Shown: in pieces, positions 46,920 to 56,595 of the stretch
How positions within the stretch are numbered: the first letter of the stretch is position 1
Layout of the letters: each line of letters opens with the position of its first letter
Made by a program: the position numbers and the translations under genes
Source: a virus
Virus record (IMG/VR): IMGVR_UViG_3300000271_000006
Span: 1-64,000 of that record
Direction: 5' to 3' (one strand)
Length of the DNA: 64,000 nt
The notes under the pieces: generated by a model
Told to the model about the DNA's origin: nothing
Databases searched by the model: none
What the model saw: the letters and a program-made list of their open reading frames with translations, nothing else

Positions 46920-47760
46920 CCTTACGGTCAACGACTCCACTCGCACCGCTATCTATCGCGGAACGCAGGCCCTTGCCCAGCTTTCAGGCTCCCAAGCCCC
47001 CGACCTGCAAAAGGACTCCATCACCGACTTTGAGCGGAAGATGGTTCAGAGCCTCATCAGTCTGGCGAATAGCGGATTCGGTGCTCTGACAGGACCGCAA
47101 GGGTCCCAAGGAAGCCAAGGGATTCAAGGCGCGCAGGGGCCACAAGGCCCATCCGGCCCTCAGGGTGCTTCCGGAGCCCAAGGACCGCAAGGCGTTGCGG
47201 GGTCTCAGGGCAATCAAGGCGCGCAGGGGCCACAAGGAGCCAATCCCGCTGGGGACGTTAACTTTACCTCTATCGGCGCGACGACGCCGGGTACAGGGGC
47301 GTTTACGACGCTGAGTAGCACCACTGGGGCCAACTTTGCGACCACCTCCGGCAACGTCGGTATCGGGACGGCGTCGCCCGTAAATGGGCGGCTGCAAGTT
47401 CAAACCGATACGAACAAAAATGCAGCGTTTATCAATGCTGTGCACGATACTTTTACAAATAACGCCACAGGCATTGGATTTAGCCGGTCTTCGGATGGCG
47501 TCTTTGCTTTAAGTGCCATTTTTGACACTGCCGCCGGCGGGCTGGCCGTTACTGGACGAGAGGGGTTGTTTTTCGCCACGGGCGGGGGTTCTCTTTACAA
47601 CAGTACCGTTGAACACATGCGCATCACAGACGCAGGCAACGTCGGCATCGGGACGACGACGCCCGGAAGCAAGCTGTCCATAGTTGGCTTGCCAACCTCT
47701 TCCGCAGGACTTTCCGCAGGCGATATCTGGAACGACGGTGGAACACTAAGAATAGTCTAA
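46909..47760 (+). CDS. collagen-like repeat fibre protein
   Basis: ORF track, 283 aa. [34 protein letters not shown] tract. The C-terminal domain has GNVGIGT repeats. Confidence 0.8.
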   Translation: MIPNLTVNDSTRTAIYRGTQALAQLSGSQAPDLQKDSITDFERKMVQSLISLANSGFGALTGPQGSQGSQGIQGAQGPQGPSGPQGASGAQGPQGVAGSQGNQGAQGPQGANPAGDVNFTSIGATTPGTGAFTTLSSTTGANFATTSGNVGIGTASPVNGRLQVQTDTNKNAAFINAVHDTFTNNATGIGFSRSSDGVFALSAIFDTAAGGLAVTGREGLFFATGGGSLYNSTVEHMRITDAGNVGIGTTTPGSKLSIVGLPTSSAGLSAGDIWNDGGTLRIV

Positions 47761-47764
47761 CTCT

Positions 47765-47998
47765 ATGTATATGGTAGTGCCGGTCATCAAAAACAACGTA
47801 GCCCCCCTCGCCGGAAACGTCGGGACATGGCTGGCAACTCTTTTGAGTTACCAATCGGCCCAAGCCACCTTAACCCTTATCGCCACCGCGTTCTCAATCA
47901 CGGTGAGCTTGGTTACGCTCCTTTGGATAGCCAAGCAATGGCGGGACAAGAACCGCGATTACAAGGCAACAAAGCCGGATGGCGAACCCAAGGAATAA
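47765..47998 (+). CDS. membrane protein (holin-like topology, speculative)
   Basis: ORF track, 77 aa, with two hydrophobic stretches and a charged C-terminus. Confidence 0.45.
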   Translation: MYMVVPVIKNNVAPLAGNVGTWLATLLSYQSAQATLTLIATAFSITVSLVTLLWIAKQWRDKNRDYKATKPDGEPKE

Positions 47999-47999
47999 C

Positions 48000-48029
48000 T
48001 TGACCTTTAGGCAAATAAGAGATACTAAT
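48000..48029 (+). promoter_or_regulatory. sigma70-like promoter candidate
   Basis: TTGACC-n18-ACTAAT, upstream of 48049..48390. Confidence 0.3.
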
Positions 48030-48048
48030 ACACCGAACAAAAAAACTT

Positions 48049-48390
48049 ATGGAATCCACGTCTGGCATGGTTAACTTGGGCAAGGAATACGGGTTGCCGG
48101 CAATGCTGGACGCGCCCTCCGCAACGGCGGGCAGCGAAGAAAAGCGGGTGGACTACCCAACCCTCTATATCAGCGGGGTTAACGTGGAATTGCCCGACGA
48201 TGAGTTTTACTTTGTGGCCAAGGGCAAAAAGGTCGCCTACCGCAAGCCAATTGACGGCGAACCCTCCTGCGAAATCGCGGTTATGAGCATGAAGGTCAAG
48301 GGACTTGCTGAGGACCACAAAGAGGAGGAAGAAGAGGATGCGGGTCTGCGCCTCCTTGCTGCAATGCTCAAGTACAAGGGCAAGAAGTAA
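48049..48390 (+). CDS. hypothetical protein
   Basis: ORF track, 113 aa, with a promoter-like TTGACC element upstream. Confidence 0.55.
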   Translation: MESTSGMVNLGKEYGLPAMLDAPSATAGSEEKRVDYPTLYISGVNVELPDDEFYFVAKGKKVAYRKPIDGEPSCEIAVMSMKVKGLAEDHKEEEEEDAGLRLLAAMLKYKGKK

Positions 48391-48393
48391 CCT

Positions 48394-48660
48394 ATGGCTT
48401 GCGGAACCACCACGTCAACGGCTTGCGGCACGTTTGAGGAGGCAACCAACCCCGACGAGGGGTGCTGCCATGCCTACCGCGTCAAGCGGGACTGCGAGCG
48501 CCCAGCGCTTACCGTTATTGAGTGCGACGATACGGAGTACGTGACTGAGGTAAGCAACGATCCAACCCGCCCATTTCGCGTACTTGCCCGCATCTTTGAC
48601 GAGGACTGCGATCCAATCCTTGACGAGAATAGCGAAGAAATCACCGCCTACGTTAACTAA
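48394..48660 (+). CDS. hypothetical Cys-rich protein
   Basis: ORF track, 88 aa. Confidence 0.5.
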   Translation: MACGTTTSTACGTFEEATNPDEGCCHAYRVKRDCERPALTVIECDDTEYVTEVSNDPTRPFRVLARIFDEDCDPILDENSEEITAYVN

Positions 48661-48667
48661 CCCCGCC

Positions 48668-49087
48668 ATGCCCCAACTTGGAACCTATCCCGTAATTACG
48701 ACCCTTGCCGCGAACGACCAAATCCCGATTCAGCAGGAGGCATCGGGTGCGCTCAAACTGATTGAGGCGGAAGATTTGGCGACCGAAGTCAAGGCCCTTG
48801 CCCCCGTTGAGCGTGAAGTCACCACGCTTTCGTCCAACACAACCCTTTCCACGCAGGACGTTGTTGTTGGAAATTCAGGTGGCGGGATCACCCTGACCCT
48901 TCCCGATGCGGCCACGAACGAAGGCAAGCGGTACTACATTTCCAACCGAGGCGCTGGGGCGGTTACGGTTGAGGCGGATTCGGGCGACACGATCAACGGG
49001 GATGCCTCCGTTGTCCTAGCCCAGTATGAGGGATGCGTAGTTATCTCGGTGGGTAACGGTCTCTGGCAAACCTACGGGGCGGCTTAA
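48668..49087 (+). CDS. hypothetical virion-module protein
   Basis: ORF track 48584..49087. ATG 48668 (MPQLGTYPVITTLAAND...). Confidence 0.55.
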   Translation: MPQLGTYPVITTLAANDQIPIQQEASGALKLIEAEDLATEVKALAPVEREVTTLSSNTTLSTQDVVVGNSGGGITLTLPDAATNEGKRYYISNRGAGAVTVEADSGDTINGDASVVLAQYEGCVVISVGNGLWQTYGAA

Positions 49088-49097
49088 CAAAAGGATT

Positions 49098-50045
49098 GTG
49101 GTTGTATCCGACATCATTGACGACCTGAAAAGTGCTGAGATTCTCGGCACTTGCGACAACCGGACGATCTTCAACCGGCTGACCGATGCGCAGCGGCTTC
49201 TCGCCAACCAAGGCATCATTGACCCGCTCATCGGAGAGATGGACCTCTGCGTGTGCGATGGGTGCGTGACTTTGCCGGCGGAGGTTGAGACCCCCCTCGC
49301 CGTTAACGTCGCCGGCCAGCCCACCCTTATTCGCGATGAATGGTTCCAGTACCACATCGGAGGCACGGGCTCTCAGTCCTATGCCGATTGGCGCTATACC
49401 GACCACCTTGGAACGGTTGCCACCTTCCGCGACCCCAGCGCCCCCGTAAAGCTCGTTGCAGAGGTAGAGAACGCCAAGGACAGCAATACCCAGCTTCGTG
49501 TCTTCGGTTGGGATTCTACAGGCAAGCGCATCTATACCCCTGATGAGAATGGAGACCTTCAAGACGGCTTCCTCGTCCCGACCGTTTACGGCTTCTCCCA
49601 GCCCAATCCCGCCGCCCCCCTTATCGCACGTATAGACCGGGTGCAGAAACTCGTTACAAACGGGTTTATCCGGCTTCTGGCGGTCAACGACGACGGCTCC
49701 GCGCACACCCTCATCGGCCACTACCGGCCCAACGAGACGAATCCCCGCTATGCCCGAATCCGCGTCGGGAACAAGAAGTGGATCAGGCTCAAGTACCGCA
49801 AGCGGGATTTTGAAGTCCGCTCGGTAAACGACTGGATCAACATCGAGAACCGCGAGGCAATTCTGTTGGCGGTCAAGGCGGTCCACCTTCGCCGTCGGGG
49901 CCAGTACGAGGCAGCCCGTACCGCAGAGGCGGAAGCCGTGCGCATCCTTGGCAACGAAGCCCATGCCAAGCGCCCGCCGGGAATATCCCCCTTCCAAGTC
50001 ATCTATAACGACTTCCCGCAAGGGACCGAGAGCCTTACCTACTAA
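49098..50045 (+). CDS. virion structural protein (function unassigned)
   Basis: ORF track, 315 aa (GTG start). Shares 1 nt with the next ORF. Confidence 0.6.
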   Translation: MVVSDIIDDLKSAEILGTCDNRTIFNRLTDAQRLLANQGIIDPLIGEMDLCVCDGCVTLPAEVETPLAVNVAGQPTLIRDEWFQYHIGGTGSQSYADWRYTDHLGTVATFRDPSAPVKLVAEVENAKDSNTQLRVFGWDSTGKRIYTPDENGDLQDGFLVPTVYGFSQPNPAAPLIARIDRVQKLVTNGFIRLLAVNDDGSAHTLIGHYRPNETNPRYARIRVGNKKWIRLKYRKRDFEVRSVNDWINIENREAILLAVKAVHLRRRGQYEAARTAEAEAVRILGNEAHAKRPPGISPFQVIYNDFPQGTESLTY

Positions 50046-51994
50046 TGGCCGATGCCTCAGTCCTCATTCCGCCGCAAGGAGACGACTTTCTGGCGCTAGG
50101 CCAGAACAGCTATCTTAAGCCCCAGAAACTCCAAGCTGGCCAGTATGTCGAGGGCATGAACATCATGTGCCGAGGGGGTAGCCCGCAAACCCGCCCCGGC
50201 TCCCGTACCGTCTTCACCGTACCGGACGGCAACTTCCAGGGGGTGACGTTCTTCTCGCCGGCAAACGGGGTCGGCCATATCGTCTTTGCGGTGGATGGTC
50301 GGGTTTACGCCGCATCCCATCCCTTCACGGCCTGCGTTCGCCTACCCGGAATCCAGTTTTCGGTTGATGCCCCTCAAATCGCTTGGGCTTCCTGCCTAAA
50401 GTCCACCTTCTACGATTCCAACGGAGAGCTGCAATCGCACGACACTCCCTACTCCGTCCTTATGATGCAGGACGGTCGGACCCGTGCGGCCTACTGGGAC
50501 GGAACGGTTTCCGGCCATATTGACCCGACCCAGAGCGACAACTTCGCCGAAGACGGAAGTCGCATCACAATTGATGGGAGGGACGGCACGCCTGTTGGGT
50601 TGTGGATGGTTTGGAGCAACAACCGCCTTTGGGTTTCGCGGGGCAATCAGGTTTTCGCCTCCGACATCGGCAACCCCCTTAAGTTTACGGAGGCCCAATA
50701 CATCAATGAGGCCAGGGCCTTCTACCTCCCATGCCCGTGCACGGGCATGGTTGAGACAAGCGACCAGCAGGGCATCATATGCTTTACCGAGACGACCGGC
50801 ACGTTCCTGACAACCTCCATCCAAGACCGGTTGAAGTGGTTGGACACCCCTGAGTTCCAGAAGACCGTACTGCCAACCATTGGATGCGTGGCCCCGCGCT
50901 CAATCGTCCAGCAGTACGGCATGGTGTGGTGGTATTCGGCGAAGGGGCTAATCAGTCTTAACGACGCACTCCGCCAGAACTTCACGTCTCGTCTCGACAT
51001 CCAAGACAACGAGATGTTTTCAACTAAGTTCAACGTAAGCTACGACTTGAGCAGGATTTGCGGCCACTCCTACGAGAACCTGCTCCTGATGAGTGTGCCA
51101 TATGGGGATGCACTTAACACTCGAACGATGGTGCTGGATCAGGCGCCCTTCAACGAGAACGTGAACGCATGGGCGTCCCACTGGACGGGATGGAGACCGA
51201 TTGAGTGGGCCAAGGGGCTCATCAACAGCGAGGAACGAATCTTCTTTGGGTCCGTGGACTATGACGGAAAGAACCGGATATGGGAAGCTATGACGCCGGA
51301 CAAGACGGACAACGGGACCCCCATCACCTGCTACGTCATGACCCGCGAGCACTTGTTTGATTCGCGGGACTACAAGGTGTTCAACTATGCCGAGATCGAG
51401 GTTGAGGGGCTTTATGGGAATTGCGCGGTCATGGTGGCGGCGGCTGGGGTACGCGGGGCATTCCAGAAGATCGGCACGTTCGACTTGGTCGCAACAAAGG
51501 GCACGGTCTACGGGGACAAGAACTACGGCGTAAGCCATAGGTTCGGAGGCTCTCGGCCGCAAACCCGTCTCATCAAAACTCAGGACCGGGTGCCGGCTAG
51601 CGAATGCAATGAGGCCTGTGTTGAGGGGGATGTGGCGCCCATGAAGGACAAGGCGTTCAGCCTGCTTATCGCTTGGTCGGGGGTAATGGCGGTGAACTCA
51701 TACCGAATCTTTGTCCAGTCCACCGACCAAACCTACCAAGGGGCCTGCGAAACGGACGAGGAAGGTCCGCGCCTGCTTACTGAAGAGGGGTGTGGGGCGC
51801 TTGCCTACTTCACAGACCTAAAGCCGTTTGAGGAGTACGAGTCCACCAAGACCTTTTCCAAAGTCAACCCCGAGACGGCGATTCTCAATACCTACACTTG
51901 GACGGCGGAATCAAAGATCAGCCAGAAGGACGCCGACCGAAAGGCGGAGACGGCGGCAGAGGTTTACGTGCTGACTCAACTCGGAGAAGCGTAG
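50045..51994 (+). CDS. large virion structural protein (function unassigned)
   Basis: ORF track, 649 aa. Confidence 0.7.
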   Translation: MADASVLIPPQGDDFLALGQNSYLKPQKLQAGQYVEGMNIMCRGGSPQTRPGSRTVFTVPDGNFQGVTFFSPANGVGHIVFAVDGRVYAASHPFTACVRLPGIQFSVDAPQIAWASCLKSTFYDSNGELQSHDTPYSVLMMQDGRTRAAYWDGTVSGHIDPTQSDNFAEDGSRITIDGRDGTPVGLWMVWSNNRLWVSRGNQVFASDIGNPLKFTEAQYINEARAFYLPCPCTGMVETSDQQGIICFTETTGTFLTTSIQDRLKWLDTPEFQKTVLPTIGCVAPRSIVQQYGMVWWYSAKGLISLNDALRQNFTSRLDIQDNEMFSTKFNVSYDLSRICGHSYENLLLMSVPYGDALNTRTMVLDQAPFNENVNAWASHWTGWRPIEWAKGLINSEERIFFGSVDYDGKNRIWEAMTPDKTDNGTPITCYVMTREHLFDSRDYKVFNYAEIEVEGLYGNCAVMVAAAGVRGAFQKIGTFDLVATKGTVYGDKNYGVSHRFGGSRPQTRLIKTQDRVPASECNEACVEGDVAPMKDKAFSLLIAWSGVMAVNSYRIFVQSTDQTYQGACETDEEGPRLLTEEGCGALAYFTDLKPFEEYESTKTFSKVNPETAILNTYTWTAESKISQKDADRKAETAAEVYVLTQLGEA

Positions 51995-51995
51995 C

Positions 51996-52145
51996 ATGGC
52001 GAGGAACGTACTCATCAAGGATAGTGCAACGGCGTTCAAGACGTTAGACCCCACGCCGCCAACCCGAGTTGTGATCGAATACCAAGCGTTTCCTACGGAC
52101 AAGTACGTGGTTCCAGAAGAAGAGGAGGAAGACGAAGAAGAATAA
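51996..52145 (+). CDS. 49-aa acidic-tail protein
   Basis: Own translation: MARNVLIKDSATAFKTLDPTPPTRVVIEYQAFPTDKYVVPEEEEEDEEE. Confidence 0.35.
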   Translation: MARNVLIKDSATAFKTLDPTPPTRVVIEYQAFPTDKYVVPEEEEEDEEE

Positions 52146-52991
52146 TTGGACTACATCGGTGGAGAGCGATCTACGGCGTTTCGCCAGATGGGGGTGCGGT
52201 ATCCGCGCCTTAGCGGACTTGACTACATCGCCTTCCCGGTGGACATGGCCCCCGGAGACCAAGGTCCGCCCGGCGCCCCCGGAACACAAGGCGAGCAGGG
52301 GCTTCAAGGCATCACCGGCAACGCCGGACCCCAAGGCATAAGCGGAGAGGGCGGCGCACAGGGACCGCAAGGAACCTTCGGGGCTCAGGGTCTGCCCGGC
52401 TTGCAAGGTGTGGTTGGTGTCCAAGGGGCACCGGGAAGCAACGGTGTCCAAGGGGCAACCGGAACACAGGGAGCCGTTGGCGCTCGAGGGACGCAGGGCG
52501 TGCAGGGTCCCCAAGGATTTCAGGGACCAAATGGAGCGAACGGTCCGCAAGGCCCGCAGGGGAGTCAGGGCGTACAAGGCCCGCAAGGGGTGCAGGGCGC
52601 GCAAGGCAACCAAGGTGCGCAGCTTACCGGACAGACCGGAGACCCCGGCGCCACCGGCCCCCAAGGCGTTTCTGGCAGCAATGGAATCCAAGGACCCCAA
52701 GGACCGCAAGGGCCACAGGGCTTCAATGGCGCTAATGGCGCACAAGGCCCTTCCGGTGGCACGGGTCCGCAGGGGCTGCAAGGACCACAAGGGAGTCAAG
52801 GTGTTCAGGGTCCACAGGGCCAGCTTGGTCCGCAAGGCGCAACAGGCAATGATGGACAGGAGGGCGCAGAGGGGGACGGGTCTGAGTTTTATCTTGGGTA
52901 TGGTGACGGTTATGCGGACTTCCGAAAACCATATGAATCATACCTTGCTGGCTATGATGAGGGCGTAGCATCTTGTTGCGGTGGAGGATAA
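52146..52991 (+). CDS. collagen-like repeat protein 1 of tandem trio
   Basis: ORF track, 281 aa (TTG start, true start uncertain). Long Gly-X-Y tract. The C-terminus is ...[16 protein letters not shown]. Confidence 0.75.
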   Translation: MDYIGGERSTAFRQMGVRYPRLSGLDYIAFPVDMAPGDQGPPGAPGTQGEQGLQGITGNAGPQGISGEGGAQGPQGTFGAQGLPGLQGVVGVQGAPGSNGVQGATGTQGAVGARGTQGVQGPQGFQGPNGANGPQGPQGSQGVQGPQGVQGAQGNQGAQLTGQTGDPGATGPQGVSGSNGIQGPQGPQGPQGFNGANGAQGPSGGTGPQGLQGPQGSQGVQGPQGQLGPQGATGNDGQEGAEGDGSEFYLGYGDGYADFRKPYESYLAGYDEGVASCCGGG

Positions 52992-53776
52992 TGGCTACTG
53001 ACATCTGTATTCCGTGTGGCGACCAGGGACCCCAAGGGTTTCAGGGAGCATCCGGCCCGCAAGGGGTTCAAGGCCCCCCCGGATTTGATGGGGCGCAGGG
53101 CGCTACGGCACCCAATGGCCCACAGGGGGTAGCGGGGGCACAGGGCTCCATCGGCGCAACGGGTCCTGCCGGGCCACAGGGGTTTAATGGTTCCAATGGA
53201 GCACAAGGCGCAATTGGGGCAACGGGCGCACAAGGAACCACGGGCGCGGGCGGCGCTCAGGGCGCAAGAGGCGCTCAGGGTAGCCAAGGGGTGGCCGGCG
53301 CTCAGGGCGTCGCAGGAATTGGCGGGCCTATCGGGTTTCAGGGGCCTCCCGGACCAATTGGATCAACGGGAGTATCTGGCGTACAGGGAGCCAAGGGTGC
53401 ACAAGGAACAATTGGCCCACAAGGGGCTCCGGGCGCCAATGGTGCAAATGGCCCACAGGGTGCTCAGGGTCCCAGGGGCGCTCAGGGCGGAGCCGGCAAT
53501 ACGGGGCCGTCTGGGGCAAGTGGCGGCCAGGGGCCTCAAGGCACAGTTGGTGGTAATGGTGGTCCGGGTACGCAAGGTACGCAAGGCCCGGTTGGCGAGA
53601 ATGGAGACGACGGTCCTCCGGGCGAGGATGGCGAACCCGGCACCTATGCCGACGGCTACGCCGCTGGCATTGGCGATGCGGAAGACGCCAACACCATAGA
53701 CTTTCTCGCCGGCTACGATGATGGGTGTAGCTGCGCCACGGGTAAAACTTGCGATACCGCACCCTCATCCTGCTAA
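52991..53776 (+). CDS. collagen-like repeat protein 2 of tandem trio
   Basis: ORF track 52973..53776. ATG 52991 ([19 protein letters not shown]...). The C-terminus is ...[24 protein letters not shown]. Confidence 0.8.
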   Translation: MATDICIPCGDQGPQGFQGASGPQGVQGPPGFDGAQGATAPNGPQGVAGAQGSIGATGPAGPQGFNGSNGAQGAIGATGAQGTTGAGGAQGARGAQGSQGVAGAQGVAGIGGPIGFQGPPGPIGSTGVSGVQGAKGAQGTIGPQGAPGANGANGPQGAQGPRGAQGGAGNTGPSGASGGQGPQGTVGGNGGPGTQGTQGPVGENGDDGPPGEDGEPGTYADGYAAGIGDAEDANTIDFLAGYDDGCSCATGKTCDTAPSSC

Positions 53777-54417
53777 TGAGCGACGATTGCATATCAAGAG
53801 GTGTTCAGGGAATCCAAGGCGACGAGGGCGTACAAGGCCCGCAGGGCGCTCAAGGTCCGCAGGGAGCACAAGGAACGACAGGCCCGCAAGGGGCTCCGGG
53901 CGCAACGGGGCCGCAGGGTGGTACCGGCGCGCAAGGCGCTCAAGGTCCGCAGGGGCTGGCCGGAACCACTGGCCCGCAAGGCGCAACGGGTGCTCAGGGA
54001 GCGCAGGGTGCTCAGGGGTTTCAGGGAACAAGTGGCACCCATGGATCACAAGGGGGCGCTGGTGCCCAAGGTGGCCAAGGCCCGCAGGGCTCGCGTGGCG
54101 TTCAGGGGCGTCAAGGCACACAGGGTGCCCAAGGCCCGCAAGGCGCAAACGGGGCTCAGGGAGCGCAAGGCCCATCTGGCAACCAAGGGCCGCAGGGAGT
54201 GAACGGAAGCAATGGTGCGCAGGGTGCGCAAGGTGCTCAGGGGACATCTGGCGTTGCAGGAGAGGATGGGCCTCCGGGTGCAGACGGTCCAGATGGCCCG
54301 CAAGGCCCGCAGGGGGCGTTCGGGGACTTTGGTCCCCAGGGGGCTCAAGGACCACAAGGACCAAAGGGAGAGACTGGCGCACAAGGGCCTCCCGGACCGC
54401 CGTTCTCTGGGTTTTAA
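53776..54417 (+). CDS. collagen-like repeat protein 3 of tandem trio
   Basis: ORF track 53749..54417. ATG 53776 ([24 protein letters not shown]...). Confidence 0.8.
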   Translation: MSDDCISRGVQGIQGDEGVQGPQGAQGPQGAQGTTGPQGAPGATGPQGGTGAQGAQGPQGLAGTTGPQGATGAQGAQGAQGFQGTSGTHGSQGGAGAQGGQGPQGSRGVQGRQGTQGAQGPQGANGAQGAQGPSGNQGPQGVNGSNGAQGAQGAQGTSGVAGEDGPPGADGPDGPQGPQGAFGDFGPQGAQGPQGPKGETGAQGPPGPPFSGF

Positions 54418-54454
54418 CTTGACACATAAGGACTACTAATCCACGAATTGGTTC

Positions 54455-55681
54455 ATGGCAAAAGTCAGCGTAATCACCCCCACAAATTCGGTTGAGCGGT
54501 TTCGCAAGGCAAAGCAAAGCCTCCTCTATCAAACCGAGCAGGACTGGGAGTGGATTGTGCTGTTCAATGGTGGGGCACAAGCGCCGATTGAAGACGATCC
54601 GCGCATCCGCTGCATCAATTCCCGCATCAGCCTTCCATTCGTTGGAGCCCTGAAAAAGGAGGCATGTAGCTATGCGACGGCTCCCTTCATCGTGGAGTTT
54701 GACCATGACGATGAGCTTTCGCGAGATTGCCTTGAGGAAGTGGTAAAGGCGTTTGAGACGACCCCCGCCGTGTTCGTCTACTCGGACGACGCCTGCGTAA
54801 ATGCCGACGCCACCCCGCGTACCCCCTACTCCTCGTGGTACGGATGGAGCACAAGAGTGGATACGTTTAAGGGCGAGAAGGATGAGGAGTTGATGGTGCA
54901 TAACCGCCCCCTTCTCATCCCCCAGAACGTAAGCCGAATCCTCTTCGCCCCTGACCATGTTCGGGCTTGGCGAAAGGACGCCTACGAGGCAGTAGGAGGG
55001 CACGACCCCTCGCTTAAGATTTGCGACGACCTCGACCTGATGCAGAAGCTCTACGCCTATTCCGGCGGGAAGTTTCACTACATCCAGAAGTGCCTCTACA
55101 AGTACATCGTCCACGGGTCTAACACTTGGCTCAAGAATCAGGATGAGATTCAGGTCAAGATGATGGAGCTTCACGACAAGATGGTGGAGCCAATGGCCCG
55201 CGCCCATTGCAACAACTGGGGGCTGGCGATTGCGGAACTTGGGGTCAACTTCCCCATCAACGACCTTCGGGCCATAGAGAATGCCGGCGGTCATTGGCCG
55301 CTCAAGGACAGCTCCGTTGGGCTCATCGTAAGCAAGGGGGCAATCGAGCAGCTAGAGAAGCCCGTCCACCTTATGAACGAGGCCTACCGCGCGCTTGTGC
55401 ATGGAGGGCTATTCATCATTGAAGTTCCGGAGTCCCCAAGCTCCATCACCTTCCACCCTGCCAACAAGAGTCAATGGAACATGACGAGCTTCTGGTACTT
55501 CACCCGTAAGCAGAACCAAGAGTTCATCCGCCACCTTGGCGTTGATTGCCGGTTTCAGGAGGTCCAGCTTTCGCGGTTCTACCCTAGCGACTGGCACAAG
55601 GAAAACAACCTCCCCTACATCCGCGCCCACCTTGCCGCCATCAAAGACGGGCCGGTTCTCCACGGCGGCTACCATATCTAA
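54455..55681 (+). CDS. bifunctional GT2 glycosyltransferase / SAM-methyltransferase
   Basis: ORF track, 408 aa. KVSVITPTNSVERF...QDWEWIVLFNGG and FDHDDEL (GT2). C-terminal LVHGGLFIIEVP methyltransferase-type motif. Confidence 0.75.
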   Translation: MAKVSVITPTNSVERFRKAKQSLLYQTEQDWEWIVLFNGGAQAPIEDDPRIRCINSRISLPFVGALKKEACSYATAPFIVEFDHDDELSRDCLEEVVKAFETTPAVFVYSDDACVNADATPRTPYSSWYGWSTRVDTFKGEKDEELMVHNRPLLIPQNVSRILFAPDHVRAWRKDAYEAVGGHDPSLKICDDLDLMQKLYAYSGGKFHYIQKCLYKYIVHGSNTWLKNQDEIQVKMMELHDKMVEPMARAHCNNWGLAIAELGVNFPINDLRAIENAGGHWPLKDSSVGLIVSKGAIEQLEKPVHLMNEAYRALVHGGLFIIEVPESPSSITFHPANKSQWNMTSFWYFTRKQNQEFIRHLGVDCRFQEVQLSRFYPSDWHKENNLPYIRAHLAAIKDGPVLHGGYHI

Positions 55682-55684
55682 TCC

Positions 55685-55888
55685 ATGAAAACATACGAAA
55701 TAAAACAAGTCGCAAACGGTTACATTGTTAGCGATTCACACGACCGATTTGAGGGTTGCCACGCATCCACTCCGCCCCACGTGTTTGAGACCTTTGAGGC
55801 CATGAGCGCGTGGCTTGAGTGCCAGTTTCTTGCCTTGGATAAGAAAACGAATGATGGGTGCATTGGAACGATGGGCATTGTTGGATAA
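55685..55888 (+). CDS. hypothetical protein
   Basis: ORF track, 67 aa. Confidence 0.5.
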   Translation: MKTYEIKQVANGYIVSDSHDRFEGCHASTPPHVFETFEAMSAWLECQFLALDKKTNDGCIGTMGIVG

Positions 55889-55891
55889 GCC

Positions 55892-56557
55892 GTGAATAGG
55901 GGCGTCCTTTACATCGTCTGGGGCAACAAGGCTGAACAAGCCCTTAATCGCTCCATTGCGTCCGTTAAGCGCCACCACCCCGAGCTGTCCATCCACGTCC
56001 ACCGCCTAGACCAAGGAAGCCTCAAGTCCAAGGTTGTCATGGGAAGCCTTAGCCCGTTTGACACGACCCTTTACCTTGACGCTGACACTGTTGTATTGGG
56101 CGATCTTAACGCGGGGTTTAAGAAGGCGGAGTGGTTCGGGCTTGCCTGCTGCATTTGTGAGGCGCCATGGATGAGACGGTACGGTCACGAGCATGGCGAC
56201 ATGATTGAGTACAATACCGGCGTAATCTTCTGGCACAAGGAGAAGGCGAAGCCCGTTATGGACCTCTGGCCAACTGAGGCAGAGGGACCAAGCAAGTCTT
56301 CGTGGACGACCTTTGACAACGTTGTACGCGGGCTGGCATTTGACGATCAGGCGGGCTTTGCGCGAGCCGTCGATAAGAGCGGGATCAACCCGTTCGTCCT
56401 TCCCGTCAACTACAACTACCGAGGGGACTACTTTCAGCGATGGGCATTTTCACCCATCAAAGTCTGGCATGGGTACAGCGAACCTCCGCCTCATGCCCAG
56501 ATGATTAGCGAATCCACAGAGCGAGGAGAACGTCTTGTAACCTACATTACCACCTAG
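55892..56557 (+). CDS. GT8-like glycosyltransferase
   Basis: ORF track, 221 aa (GTG start). TLYLDADTVVLGDL (DxD) and EYNTGVIFW. Confidence 0.65.
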   Translation: MNRGVLYIVWGNKAEQALNRSIASVKRHHPELSIHVHRLDQGSLKSKVVMGSLSPFDTTLYLDADTVVLGDLNAGFKKAEWFGLACCICEAPWMRRYGHEHGDMIEYNTGVIFWHKEKAKPVMDLWPTEAEGPSKSSWTTFDNVVRGLAFDDQAGFARAVDKSGINPFVLPVNYNYRGDYFQRWAFSPIKVWHGYSEPPPHAQMISESTERGERLVTYITT

Positions 56558-56595
56558 GAGGTATAAAGTACGACCACCACTTAAAACAAGTATCA

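Noticed and set aside
42794-54417. Diversity-generating retroelement or template/variable repeats among the collagen-like genes
   Set aside because: No reverse transcriptase ORF is present in the window. The similarity between the genes is the generic Gly-X-Y periodicity rather than a TR/VR pair with adenine-specific differences.
53765-55294. 509-aa minus-strand ORF
   Set aside because: It is antisense to a collagen-like gene and to the GT2-methyltransferase gene, which has clear motifs. The Pro/Leu/Arg-rich product is a Gly-X-Y repeat shadow. The same reasoning applies to 52044..52835, 52952..53287, 53328..53792 and the off-frame plus ORFs 52408..52968, 53187..53699 and 53718..54422.
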